Part shown: piece after piece, positions 63,656 to 64,000 of the stretch
How positions within the stretch are numbered: the first letter of the stretch is position 1
Layout: each line of letters begins with the position of its first letter
Assembly (NCBI RefSeq): GCF_006345805.1
Contig: NC_043016.1
Coordinates: 20,894,001-20,958,000, forward strand
DNA length: 64,000 bases
Source: Octopus sinensis
Lineage: Eukaryota
Reading direction: 5' to 3'
Notes under the pieces: model-generated
Databases searched by the model: none
Seen by the model: only the letters and a program-made list of their open reading frames with translations
What the model was told of the DNA's origin: nothing
Position numbers and translations under genes: made by a program

Positions 63656-64000
63656 ACAGATTTGTCAAATATGTCTGTGTGTGTTGAATATTCCATATCT
63701 CCTTCATGTGTTTTATTGAGATCTGTTCTCCCTATCTGTTAACCATTTAGCATTTAAACCAACTGTATCCAGATCAAATATTCTACCAGTTTTATGCTCA
63801 AACTAGTTAGATCTGGCCTTTTACACCTATCCCATAATGTCATTCTAAAAAATAAACATTCACACCATCAAAATCTCAAAACAATGAGGTAGTGTATGAT
63901 TAATTAAGAACAATGTGAATGAATAAGCATTACATCTGCCAGAGTGATCTGAATGTTAAGGGGTCAAATCATACAGACATTGAAGACAAAGAACTGAGAA

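Overview
Repeat-dense, AT-rich animal genomic DNA. The SINE families, RTE/Penelope load and microsatellite density look like a coleoid cephalopod, probably Octopus; this is an inference from recalled repeat families. One host gene is supported: the 3' (cytoplasmic) half of a TANGO1/MIA3-cTAGE5 family ER-exit-site cargo receptor on the minus strand. I traced 18 GT-AG exons by hand from 63525 down to the stop at 19289. Splice phases match at every junction, and the exons encode coiled coils CC1 and CC2 (including the IAANEKKAHENW exon) plus a Pro/His-rich domain ending ...RQHSQV*. The TM and lumenal exons lie beyond the right edge. The rest is decayed or young transposable elements: Tc1, mariner, a solo LTR, Helitrons, RTE and CR1-like LINE pieces, Penelope-like pLTRs, several SINE families, MITE/foldback hairpins, and a 5S rRNA pseudogene. 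Most interesting: (i) a frame-compensating pair of alternative 5' splice sites that gives either a 14-nt microexon or a 66-nt exon read in a different frame; (ii) an in-frame 150-nt candidate cassette or alternative first exon with a hydrophobic stretch between CC2 and the proline-rich domain; (iii) a type I hammerhead ribozyme fold inside an inverted Penelope-like pLTR; (iv) a 374-bp bipartite RTE derivative with a structured 5' end; (v) several long hairpins within or just downstream of the TANGO1 transcription unit. Exon and TSD coordinates were counted by hand; most TE boundaries are approximate.
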